Positions 1 through 13,329 of a stretch of DNA of 64,000 nucleotides are shown here, piece by piece; the stretch's first letter is position 1, and each line of letters starts with the position of its first letter. The stretch is taken from contig NC_043012.1 in NCBI RefSeq assembly GCF_006345805.1, positions 31,124,001-31,188,000 on the forward strand, given 5' to 3'. Made by a program: the position numbers and the translations under genes. This stretch comes from Octopus sinensis (Eukaryota). The notes below the pieces were generated by a model. That model was not told the DNA's origin. It did no database searches and saw only the letters and a list, made by a program, of their open reading frames with translations.

Positions 1-993
1 CTACGTGGTCACACGAATTGCAAGAAATGACAACTAAATCTGCCTCAAACTATACCTAATTGTTTTACAAAACACAGACAATAATGTAGTCCACGGTACT
101 CTCAACCCGATTAACAAAAAAAGAAAAAAAAAAGATCGGCTTCAATGCCTTTAATCATTTATATGCTCAATGACGGATCAAGTAACAACATGCACATCAA
201 CAACAACAACAGCCGCAGCAGCCGGAGAAAAGTAATCATCGGAAATTGTACAAAGTCAATGTTAATGAATATACATTTCGCATTTAATTTATTCAATGAG
301 CTGAGAGTAATTAAGGATATTATTATTTGTTAATTTACTTTATATGTCATCTCAGATGTTTGTTTTTATGGGGTGCAGCAGAAATTAATAATAATTCGTA
401 TAATTTTAAAACTTTGTATTAAAGATTTAATTTTTCGTAAATCATCGAACAATAATTAGCGAAAAAGAAGAAAGAAAGAGACAACCAAAAAAAACAAAAA
501 CAAGAAACGAATATTGAAATTATTGCATACTATCAATTTGAAGTTCTTCATTGCCATATAATATTCTTTAATATTCATTAGGTGAAAGATATTAGATCAA
601 TAATTCTTTTTATCAAAAGAATCATCAAAGTTCGATACTAAAAAATTTAATATTTCGTTTTATTTTAAAGTAGTCAAATTTATTAACTTAATTCGTGGAA
701 AGCCCAATTTATTTTGAAAAATTTAAGACTGTCGGAAATTTACAGAGGACCGTGATGTACATGATTTCCTTTGAAGCCTTTTCCTGAAACATGTGATACT
801 TGAGGTACCGTAAAGTCCACATGGGTAGTGTTGAAGGGGTAGTCTTAGGAGGGGATATCATTGAATACTATATTCTGTGTTATACACTTGTCATCTCTTG
901 TGTATTGAGAATTGGGAACTTTACACCAAGAAGTAGACAATTTTAGCTATAGAACAAAACCGAAGATAATCTATCACCATATTATTCTACACA

Positions 994-994
<1 letters not shown>

Positions 995-1034
<40 letters not shown>

Positions 1035-1104
1035 ACACACACACACACATACACACACGAGTATACACACACACACACACACGAGTATACACACACACAC
1101 ATAC
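995..1104. repeat. (CA)n microsatellite
   Basis: Interrupted CA dinucleotide run read directly. Confidence 0.95.
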
Positions 1105-1342
1105 ATAGAATATAAGGGGTTTAGTGCGTAAGTGCTATAATTGGTGATCCGTTAGGTTCTAACTGCACGGCTGAGGCTGGAGCTAGGGATCCTTAGTAGA
1201 TTTCCGAGTCAGCAGGTATATATTGAAGAAAACGGAATCTATGCATAGATTATTAAGAAATTTCATTAAATATATAAATCTGAATATAATGAAATTAGAA
1301 TTTTTTTGGGGGGATACTCTCCTATATTGGATGGAAAAAAAT

Positions 1343-1835
1343 TTCTATATATCTAGGGAAATTACTTGGTTCATCTTGATTACCTCCCTTTCATTAATTT
1401 TTAATACATCTTATTGACTCCTGATATATTTACTAAATTGATAAAGGTTTTTCCCCACAGTTAGTAAACATTATGTCTAACATATTCTTTTAATTCGACT
1501 CATTAATAAAACAAATCACCATTTACTAGCTAATTATGATTCTATATTAATGGAAATGGGGATATATAAATATGAAATAATCGCAAATAATTCTATATAT
1601 CTAGAGAAATTACTTGGTTCATCTTGATTACCTCCCTTCCATTACTTTTTAATATATCTTATTGACTCCTGAGATATGTGCTAAATTAATAAAGTTTTTT
1701 TTTCCACAGTTAGTAAATATTATGTCCAACATTTTCTTTTAATTAAACTCATTAAAAAAAAATCACCATTTACTAGCTAATTATGATTATATATTAATAG
1801 AAATGGATATATATATATTTATATAAATATGAAAT
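1343..1835. repeat. Tandem duplication, about 248 bp unit x2
   Basis: TTCTATATATCTAG...CTTGGTTCATCTTGATTACCTCCC block starts at 1343 and again at 1591, with diverged copies. Confidence 0.9.
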
Positions 1836-2383
1836 GATTTCCATATTTTTTCTATCCCTATATAAGGTACTAATATTTATTGAAATTCTTTAGGAAATTG
1901 TCTAAAGAATATTTACTTAGATTTCTTAATATGGAATCTGGATGTCAAATGGTAAGGGACATTAAAACCTCTAGAGCACTAGTAGTGTATGTTCCCCTAC
2001 CCCTCTAACTTCAACCTACTAGCTTTTTGCTTAGTGCATTCAAATGTATCTGGGCTGGGTTCCTCTGAATAGGAATAGGTTTATGGTTTTGACATTTGTT
2101 TCTACCAACTTCTTATATCTATAAATAGAAAAATTCTTTGTCTCCATCCAACCAAAAATAAAATCCCCCTGCACATTGACAGATCTAAATAACAAAGTAA
2201 ACTCAATGATAAAATCTACAGTCAGGGAGTGAATTTACTACTATCAAGTTCTTAGGAATGAAATCAACCTCTCTGTCTATATATCTACCCTCTTTATAAT
2301 GTTGGCAGCGAAATAGAGATAAGAATGTGCATTGTCCGTTTGACTGGAAAATTCTATAAGTGGCTGAAGATTGCACGACATTT

Positions 2384-2430
2384 TAAAACTGATGTAAAAC
2401 TGATGTAAAACTGATGTAAAACTGATGTAA
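2384..2430. repeat. 11-bp minisatellite (TAAAACTGATG)x4
   Basis: Four exact units read directly. Confidence 0.95.
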
Positions 2431-2633
2431 TACTTACAGTGTTTAATAAAATGAAGTAGCATGAAACAATTGTACTGCTCTACCTCGGATATACTTGTTG
2501 CTTATTTTGATTATAATCACCCCATTTGATTTAAATAGATAATACCATATAAAATTCTGGTGCCTTTGACTTAAGTACCATATTCATCTGAATCTAAATT
2601 TTGGTGATCTATGTATGTATATATATATGTGTG

Positions 2634-2667
<34 letters not shown>

Positions 2668-2722
2668 ATATTATTAGTGAATTGAAGAAATGGATTGAAC
2701 GAAGATTGAACAGAAATCGTTT

Positions 2723-2813
2723 TATTTCATTCTACACGTGTTTCGAAAGGCACATTTACCAAATCCGATTGAATAATGAGACCATATTGTGTCTTTCTCT
2801 TCAGGAAGAAATA
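2723..2813 (-). ncRNA. Type I hammerhead ribozyme, left arm of palindrome
   Basis: Mirror of the 2978-3070 fold: CTGAAGA core, stem II GAAAGACACA/TGTGCCTTTC, GAAAC-ACGT-GTA, stem I. Confidence 0.75.
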
Positions 2814-2977
2814 GGAAATCCGTTGGAAAAAACAAAAACAGAACAGAGGCGGAGCAAAACAAATCGAACGAGGCTCCTAAGAGCCCATGCCCAAACTTGG
2901 CCATGGGCTCTTAGGAGCCTCGTTCGATTTGTTTTGCTCCGCCTCTGTTCTGTTTTTGTTTTTTCCAACGGATTTCC

Positions 2978-3070
2978 TATTTCTTCCTGAAGAGAAAGAC
3001 ACAATATGGTCTCATTATTCAATCGGAATTTGGTAAATTGTGCCTTTCGAAACACGTGTAGAATGAAATA
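2978..3070 (+). ncRNA. Type I hammerhead ribozyme, right arm of palindrome
   Basis: Stem I TATTTC-TTC/GAA-T-GAAATA; core CTGAAGA 2987-2993; stem II GAAAGACACAAT/ATTGTGCCTTTC; GAAA 3049-3052; stem III C-ACGT-G; GTA cleavage triplet 3058-3060. Confidence 0.8.
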
Positions 3071-3254
3071 AAACGATTTCTGTTCAATCTTCGTTCAACT
3101 CCATTTCTTCAATTCACTAATAATATTAAAATTCAATTATCCGCACCAACGCACGGTTGCAACACCATATGGTTGTACCTCCAACCGTGCTGTCTTCGGT
3201 TAAACTTTTGATTAATCTGCAACAAGATTATTCATCTTTCTATTTCACATAATA

Positions 3255-3331
<77 letters not shown>

Positions 3332-3334
<3 letters not shown>

Positions 3335-4194
3335 GATGCGGTGAATAAATTGTCATCTAAATTACACAAAAAGGAAAATAACACAGGCATCTCATTTTAG
3401 CGGATATATTTACCAAATTACATAAAAATATCTCGAAATACTAGAGTAAATTTATTCAATAAAATCACTTCAACCATGGCCTCCAGATGACTTCGGAATC
3501 TCCTGCAACTCTTCTGGACGTTCTCCTTGTTTAAGTTGGTCAATGCTGTCATAATCATTGCCTTCAGTTCACCTTTGTTGTTAATAGGAGTTTTGTTGGC
3601 CTCTCGCTCGACTGCGCCTCACACATAATAATCAAGGGGGTTGCAGTCTGGGGAGTTATGTCACTAGATGTTAGGGATGATGTGGTCGCAGAAATTGTCT
3701 GATAGCCATGACTGAATTCTCCTGCTTGTGCGGCACGATGCAGAGTCCTGTTGCCAGACATAGAGTCTTCCAGCAGTCACTCTCTTCATCCAGGGCAAAA
3801 CTACCTCCTTCAGTAATTGGATGAAGGCTCCCGTGTTGAGTCTAAGGCCGTGTGGGAAGATGAATGGAAGCATAAGGTCACCATCACTAGTGATCACTCC
3901 AAACACCATGATGTTGACTAGATGTTTGATTTTTATTACTCTCGGTACATGTCTTCAGATTGACACCCAAGCACTCTGAAATGTTTCTATTGGAGCTTCC
4001 GGCGCGAAAGCCAAGCAGTACAGCATATTGTTTCCAAACTTTTGGCACAGCGAATTGTGTTATGGAACTGTTTTTCTCACAGACGTTGCCTAGATGACCC
4101 TACTATAGTGTGTAGTCGACAAAATCAAAAACAAACAACGCACATGCGCGAAATTAAAGATATTAATTGACGACAATATACCCATCACGCCCTG
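3332..4194 (-). mobile_element. Internally deleted Tc1/mariner-superfamily transposon, DD37D (maT-like), pseudogenised
   Basis: VFGVITSDG..WQQDSA..(37 residues, with 2 stops)..NSPDCNPLDYY; degenerate TIRs of about 28 bp; (TA)n on both flanks. Confidence 0.8.
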
Positions 4195-4207
4195 TTTATA
4201 TATATAT

Positions 4208-4256
<49 letters not shown>

Positions 4257-4326
4257 AGTTTTACGTGCTAAGCCACTTGGTGTTAAATTAATGGTATTAT
4301 TAAATTAATATCAATTTTTCACCCTC

Positions 4327-4378
<52 letters not shown>

Positions 4379-4464
4379 AACATAGAATAAGTAAAAATAT
4401 TTTGGACAATAATACCAATCGTCAAAGAGAGATTAAATGTCAGCTCATGGTCCTGAGCAGGTGA

Positions 4465-4536
4465 ACATGGTTCCATCTCTTGACATGGTTCCACCTCTTG
4501 ACATGGTTCCACCTCTTGACATGGTTCCATCTCTTA
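4465..4536. repeat. 18-bp minisatellite (ACATGGTTCCAYCTCTTG)x4
   Basis: Four units read directly at the 5' edge of the PLE relic. Confidence 0.95.
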
Positions 4537-4539
4537 AAC

Positions 4540-6470
4540 AACCAAAATTCTTATTCTTTTCTACGATTCGATATAAATAATTACTATTCTTCTATTTCTC
4601 TCAAACTTCTTAATCAAGCTCTCCTTCTAGCTAGTAATCTAACCAACCTTACCCCACTAGAAATTAACATAATCTTTAATACCTGCAAACCTTTATTTCT
4701 TCTGAGGACAAACTCTGGTGCCGGACCAATCATCATAACAATGCCAATAACTATAGCAATTTATTTGACATCACCATGGGATCATCTGACTCCGTCCAGC
4801 TCACTGACCTCGTTGGACTATACATATTCCACCAGCTCTAAATACATTTCCCTAACCGCAAGGGAGGCCTCAACAGAGATGAGGCCTTGCTAGTTACCAA
4901 GAGGGTAAGCAAATCCTCTTTAGAACGAGCTAGAAAAGATCTACACAAATGTTTCTCTAGCCTAGACCTGTCTATTACGTTTGAAAATTCCAACAAAACT
5001 ACTAACTTTTTAGACGTAACTTTAAACTTAGAAACCTTCCAATACTCCCCTTATCACAAACCTAACCAGTATCTTAAGTACTTAAACATTAATTCCAATC
5101 GCCACAAGTCCACCTTTGATTACATAGTCAAGGGTATCTCGATCCATATATCTGACCTCTCTTCCACTGAGGAAATATTTAATAGCCACGCACCATATTC
5201 CAACCAAGCACTCGCTGCTAGCAGCTTCTCCTAACAAATAAAATGCATCCTTAATACTAGGCTCAAGCAACATATATCTCAAATCACATCGCAACGACAC
5301 ACCAACCATCAGAATCACAACAGACCACACATATACTATGTTATAACCCCGGGAGAACCCGCATTAAGACAACCTAGGCCCCATAGTACACATATAACAC
5401 TAAGTCAAAAGCTAAAACAGCTAACAACAACGGGCTTTGCCACCCCTTCCATTTTCCAAAAATATAGATAGCATCACCTCTAAACACCCAAAACAAAGTG
5501 GTAGACGCTCCATTCTATGGTATACACCCCTTTTCTCACTAAACGTTAAGAACTTAGCTAAATCCTTCTTTAATATTCTGGACTCCAACGTCCCTCGCCA
5601 ACATAAATATTACTCTATCTTTAATAGATCTGCCCTCATGCTATCCTATTCTACCCCACCCAACTTTGAATCTATCATAGCAGCCTCTAATAAACAAAAG
5701 CTTTCTCTCTATTACCAAAACTCACACTATAACAACTCTGAATACACAAGCGCCCAAAATGTACACAGCTCCAGCACTGAACTCCATACGTTAGACCACA
5801 ACAATAACCCAACCTAGCCTACTAACACTATCCAGAATACTACCACAACTTCCACTACCGTTACAGATAAAATAATTAACAACAACGATAGCAATAATAA
5901 CAATAATAGTAATAATAATACTAATAACTTAGACCTTTCTACCCCCATCTCTAACCCCTCCTCTGACAGTATTACCTCCTCCATTCCTGAAAACAATCCC
6001 CAAAATACACCCACTTGTAACTGCCGTCCTGGGTCCATCTGCCCTCTACAAACCAATCGTAAAAGATCTAATGTAATTTATAAATGCACCGCCCTCAACA
6101 CATTTCACAATTCTACAGCTATATATACATAGAGTCAACCGCTCATCTCAATTCTTTTAGATACGATAAATACAGTAAATCCATAACACTCGCCAGTTAC
6201 CTGCATCATTTCAAAAATAGAAATATTCCCTTCATTTTGTCATGGTCCATAATAGATTCAGGGCTTCCATACCAAGGTCAACGCTTAGCCTGTATGTTAT
6301 GCTTAAAAGAAGTATTCCACATATTAAAACACAACTCCTCGACACAATTAAATAAATATAACGAGGCCCTAAGTACATGCAACCACCGCTTTTTCCATAC
6401 CTTCCAATTTTACCACAAATCTAAATGCAACCTAAATAACCACACAGCATATATCCACAAAACCCCTTAG
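4540..6470 (+). pseudogene. Penelope-like retroelement RT + GIY-YIG endonuclease relic (frameshifted)
   Basis: FLRFDINNYYSSIS, MGSSDSVQLTDLVGLY, NFLDVTLNL..YSPYHKPN, CNCRPGSICPL, SWSIIDS..CMLCLKE..CNH motifs typical of PLE RT and EN. Confidence 0.85.
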
Positions 6471-6559
6471 GTAATCCCCAACAACCCTACTTTTCTTTAT
6501 CTCCATTTTAATTTTTGATTTTCAATTTTTCATCTTTAATTTTTTTAACTGCCCTATGA

Positions 6560-6821
6560 TACTTTCATATGACACCGCAAATAATTGTTGTTGACAAAGA
6601 TCCAGAAAGATTGTATTCGCCTCAATAGACGTCATTGATTGGTTGAAATTGCCGAAATGCAAGAAATTAAACAACAAATAACTTTCAAACTACAGAATTT
6701 TCTCAAGAAAGCCAAGAGAAAAAGATATTTTATAAACACATTCTACCAGTATACGAAGTTTAAAAGTGTTTAGTTACAAAGAAATTATTTTAAAAATCTG
6801 CCGGTCAAAGCGAAAAGATCC
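6560..6821 (-). mobile_element. Partial copy of the MITE at 22839-23264
   Basis: Reverse-complement match to 22839-23050, ending in the TIR ...GAAAAGATCC. Confidence 0.75.
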
Positions 6822-6950
6822 CATTGACCCCAGTACTTATTTGATATTTTATTTTATCGACCCCGAAATGATGAAAGGATGTAAGTTTACCTCGGCAGGA
6901 TTTGAACCTAGACCGTAAAGGCCGGAAGAAATACCGCTAAACATTTTCTC
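6822..6950 (-). mobile_element. SINE family A fragment
   Basis: ATCGACCCCGAAA.GATGAAAGG..ACCTCGGC.GGATTTGAAC core. Confidence 0.7.
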
Positions 6951-7404
6951 GTTGACTTGAAGTGAAGAAAATAATAATAAAACAAACAGAAAAAAAATCC
7001 ATAGTATTAGGTGTGATAGTTAAAATATAAACCTTTTAGTCGATTGAAAGTAGAAAGTGTATCACAGAATATGTGATTTGGTTATACGGAATTAGCTAAA
7101 CATAGTGTTGCCGTTTTGAAAAAAGGGATAAAGCAAATAAAATAATTAGAAAATCCAATACTGTGGAGAGATGAGAAGACTGATAAACAGTACATCTAGA
7201 GTTGTCCACAGACTGTCGAACAAATTTGCTTTACCGCCTCAGAATAAATATATAATTGAATAAAGCTCTCTGTTCGTAAATTCCAAAATACGAAAATTCG
7301 TTTGTAGCACTAAACTAGCTTTGACGCAAACAAAGGAAGATCAGTAATAAGAAAATAGTTATCGATTTCTTTATCGTAAGGCTACAAATATGTATGGGAA
7401 AAAT

Positions 7405-7560
7405 ACAGTCGATTAAATCGACTTCAGTGCATTAATAGTATTTCTTTTATTGATCCTCGAAGGATGAAACGCGAAGTCGACCTTGGCGGAGTTGAATGCA
7501 GGATGAAAATGGACTTACACAAATACTGCAAGATAATTTGTCCGGCACTTTAAAGCTTCT
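7405..7560 (-). mobile_element. SINE family A fragment (old)
   Basis: CGAAGGATGAAACGCGAAGTCGACCTTGGCGGAGTTGAA core. Confidence 0.7.
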
Positions 7561-9314
7561 GCACTTTTCTCAACTTCCCTCTTTCACTGCGAAGAAAATA
7601 AATATATATATAAAATGATTTTCAGGAGATTGTCTTAATCGCTTTTTGTCTACATATGATCACTCGATCTACTAGAAATAGCAACAAAATCTAACCCAAA
7701 TCAACTCCACCGACTTAAACAAGCACAGCCATATTAGCCAATGTTGTTTTTGAGGTAGAAAAACATTTGATAGTCACTGAAGAAAGTCATAAGTTTATTA
7801 AATAAAAGATAATCTGGAGCTAAACCACGTAACCGACAACAGCTTAAAATGAAGGAAACCTTTACGTAGTTGATTGATATGCTGGAAAAAGCAGTCAAAT
7901 CACCCTCATATAACATCTGATTATTTAAAATAATACTTTGATGATGTAAACGCTGATATATATAAGATATACACAAGTTATAAACGCTGATATACATAAG
8001 CTTAGGGCTGGAGTTTTCCATTAGAAATGGTCTGGATTTAAACCAAACACACACACACACACACACACACATACACACACACACACACACACATACACAC
8101 ACACACACGCACGCACACTCACACACACGCACATACACACACAGAGGCCACATCTAAGTCCTGCCAACTGAGTAGAATATACTTCATTGATGAGGTTTAA
8201 TAGAACTGAAACCTACCACTGCTGTCACCAGTTAGTTTTGAAACCAGAACCACTTCCATCGGTCTTGCTTTTATTATCTCCATATTTTAATTATCAATCT
8301 TGCTCCTTGGTTTTAATTTCTAAAGATTTAGGAGTCTTTGTCTGCTAATTGCAAGGATTAAATGATTTACTCAAAGTTTGTTAACTTACTATGTTACAAA
8401 TATGAGACCCTCAAGTACACGTAATAGAAAGCCCCTTATAGACCATTTAGCTTGCTAGAAATAGCAATCAAATTTCCCTTGTCTCACAAAACACTATCTC
8501 AATGCAATATCCGATACGTAATGCTAAAAGAAAAAGTTGAGATGGCTATGGTTGGAAGCTAAGTTGGAAGTAAAAATAAGCAACAATAACTTGAAATACA
8601 ATCACGTGTGTTGTACAGTTTAATTACTGGAAAATGTCACTTGTTTAGAGCAATTATTTTGTAATGATTATATTAAAGAGTGAAAGATGTTAATTGAGGA
8701 TATCTTAATGAAGTTAAGGAATAATTGTGTTTAAGACTTGTGTAAGAAAATAAATGAATAAATAAAGCTAAGCGGGTGAGATCTTGAATAAACTGGATGA
8801 TGATATGAATGTGAAAATAAATTTTATGAAGAAAACTGAAACGATATGATTATATATATAAATGAACTTGTCTCTGGAAATACTAAAAAGATAGCAAAAT
8901 TAACAAATACACCTTCAGCAAAGGACAGACGGAGACAGCACATGACCTTAACAAACAAAAGTAAATTGAAAGCAACTGATATCATAGCCGCACCTTTAAT
9001 TTTCATAATATGGAAATCGAATAAATGGAAAATAATAACATAAAAGTAGAAACAGCAACAGTAACATTATTGGTAAATGACTGTAACAGATACAACAACA
9101 TCATTATTACGAATAATAACTGTAATATCCTTATTCGCAATAGCAACATTAGCGTGATTAAAAACAATTATATTTCCAACAGCGACAATAATATTTTTGC
9201 ACCAGTAACAGAAATATTATTAAGACACCTCAAAAGTATCAATAATAACCTCACAAGAAACTGTAGCTGTATTAGTAACTAATATTGTTAGTAACACCAG
9301 TAGTAACAAATGTT

Positions 9315-9475
9315 TATTTCTTTATTGCCCACAGGGGGCGAAACATAGAGGGGACAAACAAGGACAAAGAGAATGAGTCGATTACATCGGCACCAGTGCG
9401 TAACTGGTACTTATTTGATCGACCCCCGAAAGGATGAAAGGCAAAGTCGAACTCGGCGGAATTTGAACTCAGAAC
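9315..9475 (-). mobile_element. SINE family A, 5'-truncated
   Basis: Tail GGACAAACAAGGAC plus core GATGAAAGGCAAAGTCGA.CTCGGCGGAATTTGAACTCAGAAC. Confidence 0.85.
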
Positions 9476-10143
9476 AACTATTGGTTTAGAGCTATTTATC
9501 CACCTAGTTACTATTGTTCTTACACCAAATAACAGTAATTTACGCTTAACATAACATTCATTTTATTTTGTCATGAATTTTCATAACAGTTATGTATAAT
9601 GATAGCGCAAAAATGTGACGTGCTAGAGCAAAAATGGCTGCAGGTTCGGAATCAGCGCTCTCAAATTACCCATGAGCACCATTTCGTCTAATAGTAGCAA
9701 AAATGTTGTTACCTGGTGTAATTATCTACTCAATAAAGCTCAACGTCTGTGTGTCTGTACATCTATAGGACGAAAGGGAATAGAAGATACATAAAAACAA
9801 AGTATGTGTTCTCATGTAACATTTTACGAGAAAGACGATGAGCTACATAAAATTTACTTTCCATTGCGATTAGGGGGCTTAAAGTGGGGCAGACAATCCC
9901 TGTGAAAATTCAAATACATCCGATTTCAATGAAAATAGCAACATAACTACTAGGTACTAAATAAAGATGATTTCCAAAATTTCACCATCTTACAATATTA
10001 TTTAACCCCCCTAATGGGGTTTATAACACTCGAGAGAGCCCCCTTGAAAGTGCAAATACATCCAATTTTCATGGAATATACATAAAATTTAAGTATGGGT
10101 TCTTGGAATAAGTGTACTACAAAACTTCAACAATGCGTATCTC

Positions 10144-10211
<68 letters not shown>

Positions 10212-10214
10212 GTA

Positions 10215-10410
10215 TACATAGTTATTCTAAACACGAAAACACAACAACGCGAGGACGTGGAACAAGTATAGTATTATTGGACGCTCAGGAGAGAAGGAAA
10301 GAAGGAGGGTTTAACGTTTCGAGCGGAGCTCTTCGTCAGAAACATAGGAAAAGGAAAGATCCAAAGAAGGGAAGACGGAGGAAAAAAATCACCAACGGTA
10401 CACACGCGGT
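10215..10410 (-). mobile_element. Short PLE-type (pLTR-like) cassette between (TA)n tracts; paralogue at 58030-58240
   Basis: High identity to 58050-58230; contains a hammerhead fold. Confidence 0.7.
10309..10343 (-). ncRNA. Minimal type I hammerhead ribozyme (35 nt)
   Basis: GTTT-CTGACGA-A-GAGC-TCC-GCTC-GAAA-C-GT-T-AAAC: stem I GTTT/AAAC, stem II GAGC/GCTC, loopless palindromic stem III ACGT. Confidence 0.75.
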
Positions 10411-10476
10411 ATATATATATATATATTTACATACATATATACATGTATATATACATATATATATGTGTGTATTTAA

Positions 10477-10546
<70 letters not shown>

Positions 10547-11146
10547 AATATTACAACTATTGTTGCTAACTTTGTCCCTGCTTCTAATGCAATTGCTCGA
10601 GTTCTAATATAAGCTTTTTGATGTCATTCTTGAGCTGTGTCTATTTAGCTTTTGAAAGTTCCACCTCGCTTTTGGCAGAGAGCTTAATACTGGTGTAGTA
10701 GTTTCAATTCTTATAAGATCAGTTTATATTTATCATTCAGGAAGTCATCGAAGTCTTTGTGTTGGAAGAGGGTCCTAATTTTTTTGCCAAGGGTCCATGT
10801 CAATGGCAGCTTTTTGAAGCAATAATAAAAAAAATGAACTCAAAAAATTAGCTGCTATGTTGAACACGGGGAACAATTTGTCAAACTCTTTGTGAGTTAA
10901 GATGATGAATAATCCTCATCCATCAAATGTAAATTTTATATACATGTAATTTCAGATCTGAAAACACATTTTCCTTGACATTTATGAAATATATTTTCTA
11001 AGACATTTTTCATTTTACATTCTTATTTTTCTTGTTTTTTCCAGTATAGAAATGTGATCGAATTTATTACAGGCACAGAGAGAATATGTATATACACATA
11101 TACATTGTGTGTGTGTACGTATGTATACTATATATGGTATATAGAC

Positions 11147-11270
<124 letters not shown>

Positions 11271-11635
11271 GAATAATCGTCAGAGAAAGTAACAGGGAAG
11301 AAGAGACATAGGTAGTAGATATAGATGCTGGCAAACTTTTTAAGTTGGTTTCGACATCATATATAAAAGAATTACTTTATCAAAAATTTGTCATAGATTT
11401 TCTTTCTTATTCTATGACACTGAAGAATGTTGTATGTCTGAGACAGCTGTCACATACTCAAAGTAATTATTATACTTTGTGTTGGTAATGATTGTTGCCA
11501 CTATATTATGTTGCCATTATTAGTGCTGTATGGCAATAATAATGGTAGGACTAATTCTAAAAATGAAGGCCTCGTATTGAAACAAGGCTATTGAATAAAC
11601 ATAAACTTACAAAACCTCTTACTGAAGTATATTTT

Positions 11636-11829
11636 TTTTACTCGTTTCAGTCATTAGATTGCATCCATGCTGGAGCACCGTCGTGAGGAACTTTGGGTCG
11701 AATAAACGACTTCCAGTACTTATTTTAAAACTTGGTGCTTATTCTATCGGTTGCTTTTGCTGAACCGCTAAGTCACTGTGACGTAAACACACCAATACCG
11801 GTTGTCAGGCGACAAATACAAAGATATAT

Positions 11830-11897
<68 letters not shown>

Positions 11898-12056
11898 ACG
11901 GGCTTCTTTCAGTTTCCGTCTACCAAATCCACTCACAAGGCTTTGGTCGGCCCGCAGCTTCAGTAGAAGACACATGCCCAAGGCGGCACGCATTGGGAGT
12001 GAACCCATTACCATGTGGTTGGGATGCAAACTTTTTACCACACAGCCATGCCTGCC
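11636..12056 (-). mobile_element. tRNA-derived SINE family B with central (TA)/(TG) microsatellite
   Basis: Head with A box TGGCTGTGTGG and B box GGTTCACTCC; 3' tail GGTGCTCCAGCATGG..TGACTGAAACGAGTAAAA. Confidence 0.9.
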
Positions 12057-12075
12057 CCACCACACACTCACATAC

Positions 12076-12120
<45 letters not shown>

Positions 12121-12418
12121 TAATAAATAAAAATATATGCATACATACAAACATATATGTACGTACCTACATCTACATGCATATATACATGCATAAATAA
12201 TACATATATACATGCATAAATAAATATATATACGTACAGGACACCACAAAAAGACGTAGAACTCAATAGAAACGAAAACGGAAAAGCCATTTTGTTACAA
12301 CAGAAAGACAGAGACGTGGAACAGGACGAGAAAGAAAACGGGAAAAACATTATTTACAACAGAAAAACAAGGTACAGGACATACTACACAAGGAAAAATC
12401 CCCTTCATCAGCTGTCGC

Positions 12419-12471
12419 TAGTAGACTTAGCGTGTTTCGAAGGCAAGACAGGACACGACTCGTCAATACTA
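12419..12471 (-). ncRNA. Degenerate type I hammerhead-like fold
   Basis: Stem I TAGTA/TACTA, core TTGACGA (C3U), GAAAC, GTC cleavage triplet; stem II weak; a second CTGATGA follows at 12405-12411. Confidence 0.45.
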
Positions 12472-13329
12472 TATATCTTTCCGTGAGAGTTAGCGGTTGG
12501 GAAGATATATACATAAATGCACAGATACGAAATACACGCACATAAGTATGTACACAAGGTATACAATCATACACATATATATGCTTTATAATCTTCAATT
12601 CAGTAGTATATATCTATATTTAAGTGTGGTTTAACTAATGCTTCTATTAATTACATTTACATAAAATGACAAGCATTGGTATTTATCATAACGATGAATA
12701 TATTGTGTTTGTTTACATTCCGGATAGATCGAAATGTTGTGCATTATGTCATCATAAATGTAGTTTATAGAAAGAATTTCGGGATATTATCAATTTATGG
12801 GAATTTAGTTCATCTATATTATTTAATTAATAGGTATCGTTAATTATAGCTTAAGATTAATATTAACGTAAGATAACTGGCCAAAAATATATATTGTAAA
12901 ATAAGAGTTATAAATATTCAGTCAGGTATAAATGTAGAAAGACAGTTGTGTTAGTTATAGATATGAATTTGTTACGTCATGTCATCTCAGTTATATTAAT
13001 AGAAATAGTTATAATATTTAATCAATACATGATGATTAAGTTAATCTAAGTAAAATATTTAATAATAATTATTAATTATTGTTTAGGATATTGTTAGAAT
13101 TTTATTTATCAATTTAAGGTAGTAAAGTCGAATATATTATATATCAAAAATGATGTAATCAATAGTAGTTATCTTAATTATTGTTTACAGATGCAATTAC
13201 GAGACATTTTCAATAACTCTAGTCTGTTATATCAATAAGTAATATGTCTCCTAAATGTACATTATAAATAGTGTATTATATAGTTTAATTTTACCCTTTA
13301 CTATGATTATAAAGTTTAACTATGCTTAG

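Larger units (their letters stand above)
2666..3128. repeat. 463-bp near-perfect palindrome (inverted arms of about 230 bp)
   Basis: 2666-2894 is the reverse complement of 2897-3128 apart from three 1-nt indels and one mismatch near the centre (CCAA-AC-TTGG). Confidence 0.97.

Noticed and set aside
4465-4536. Short direct repeats as a possible CRISPR array
   Set aside because: Head-to-tail units with no spacers, no cas genes and a eukaryotic context
8180-8230. TTGATGA-GGTT..AACT-GAAAC hammerhead-like motif
   Set aside because: No stem I pairing around any NUH site
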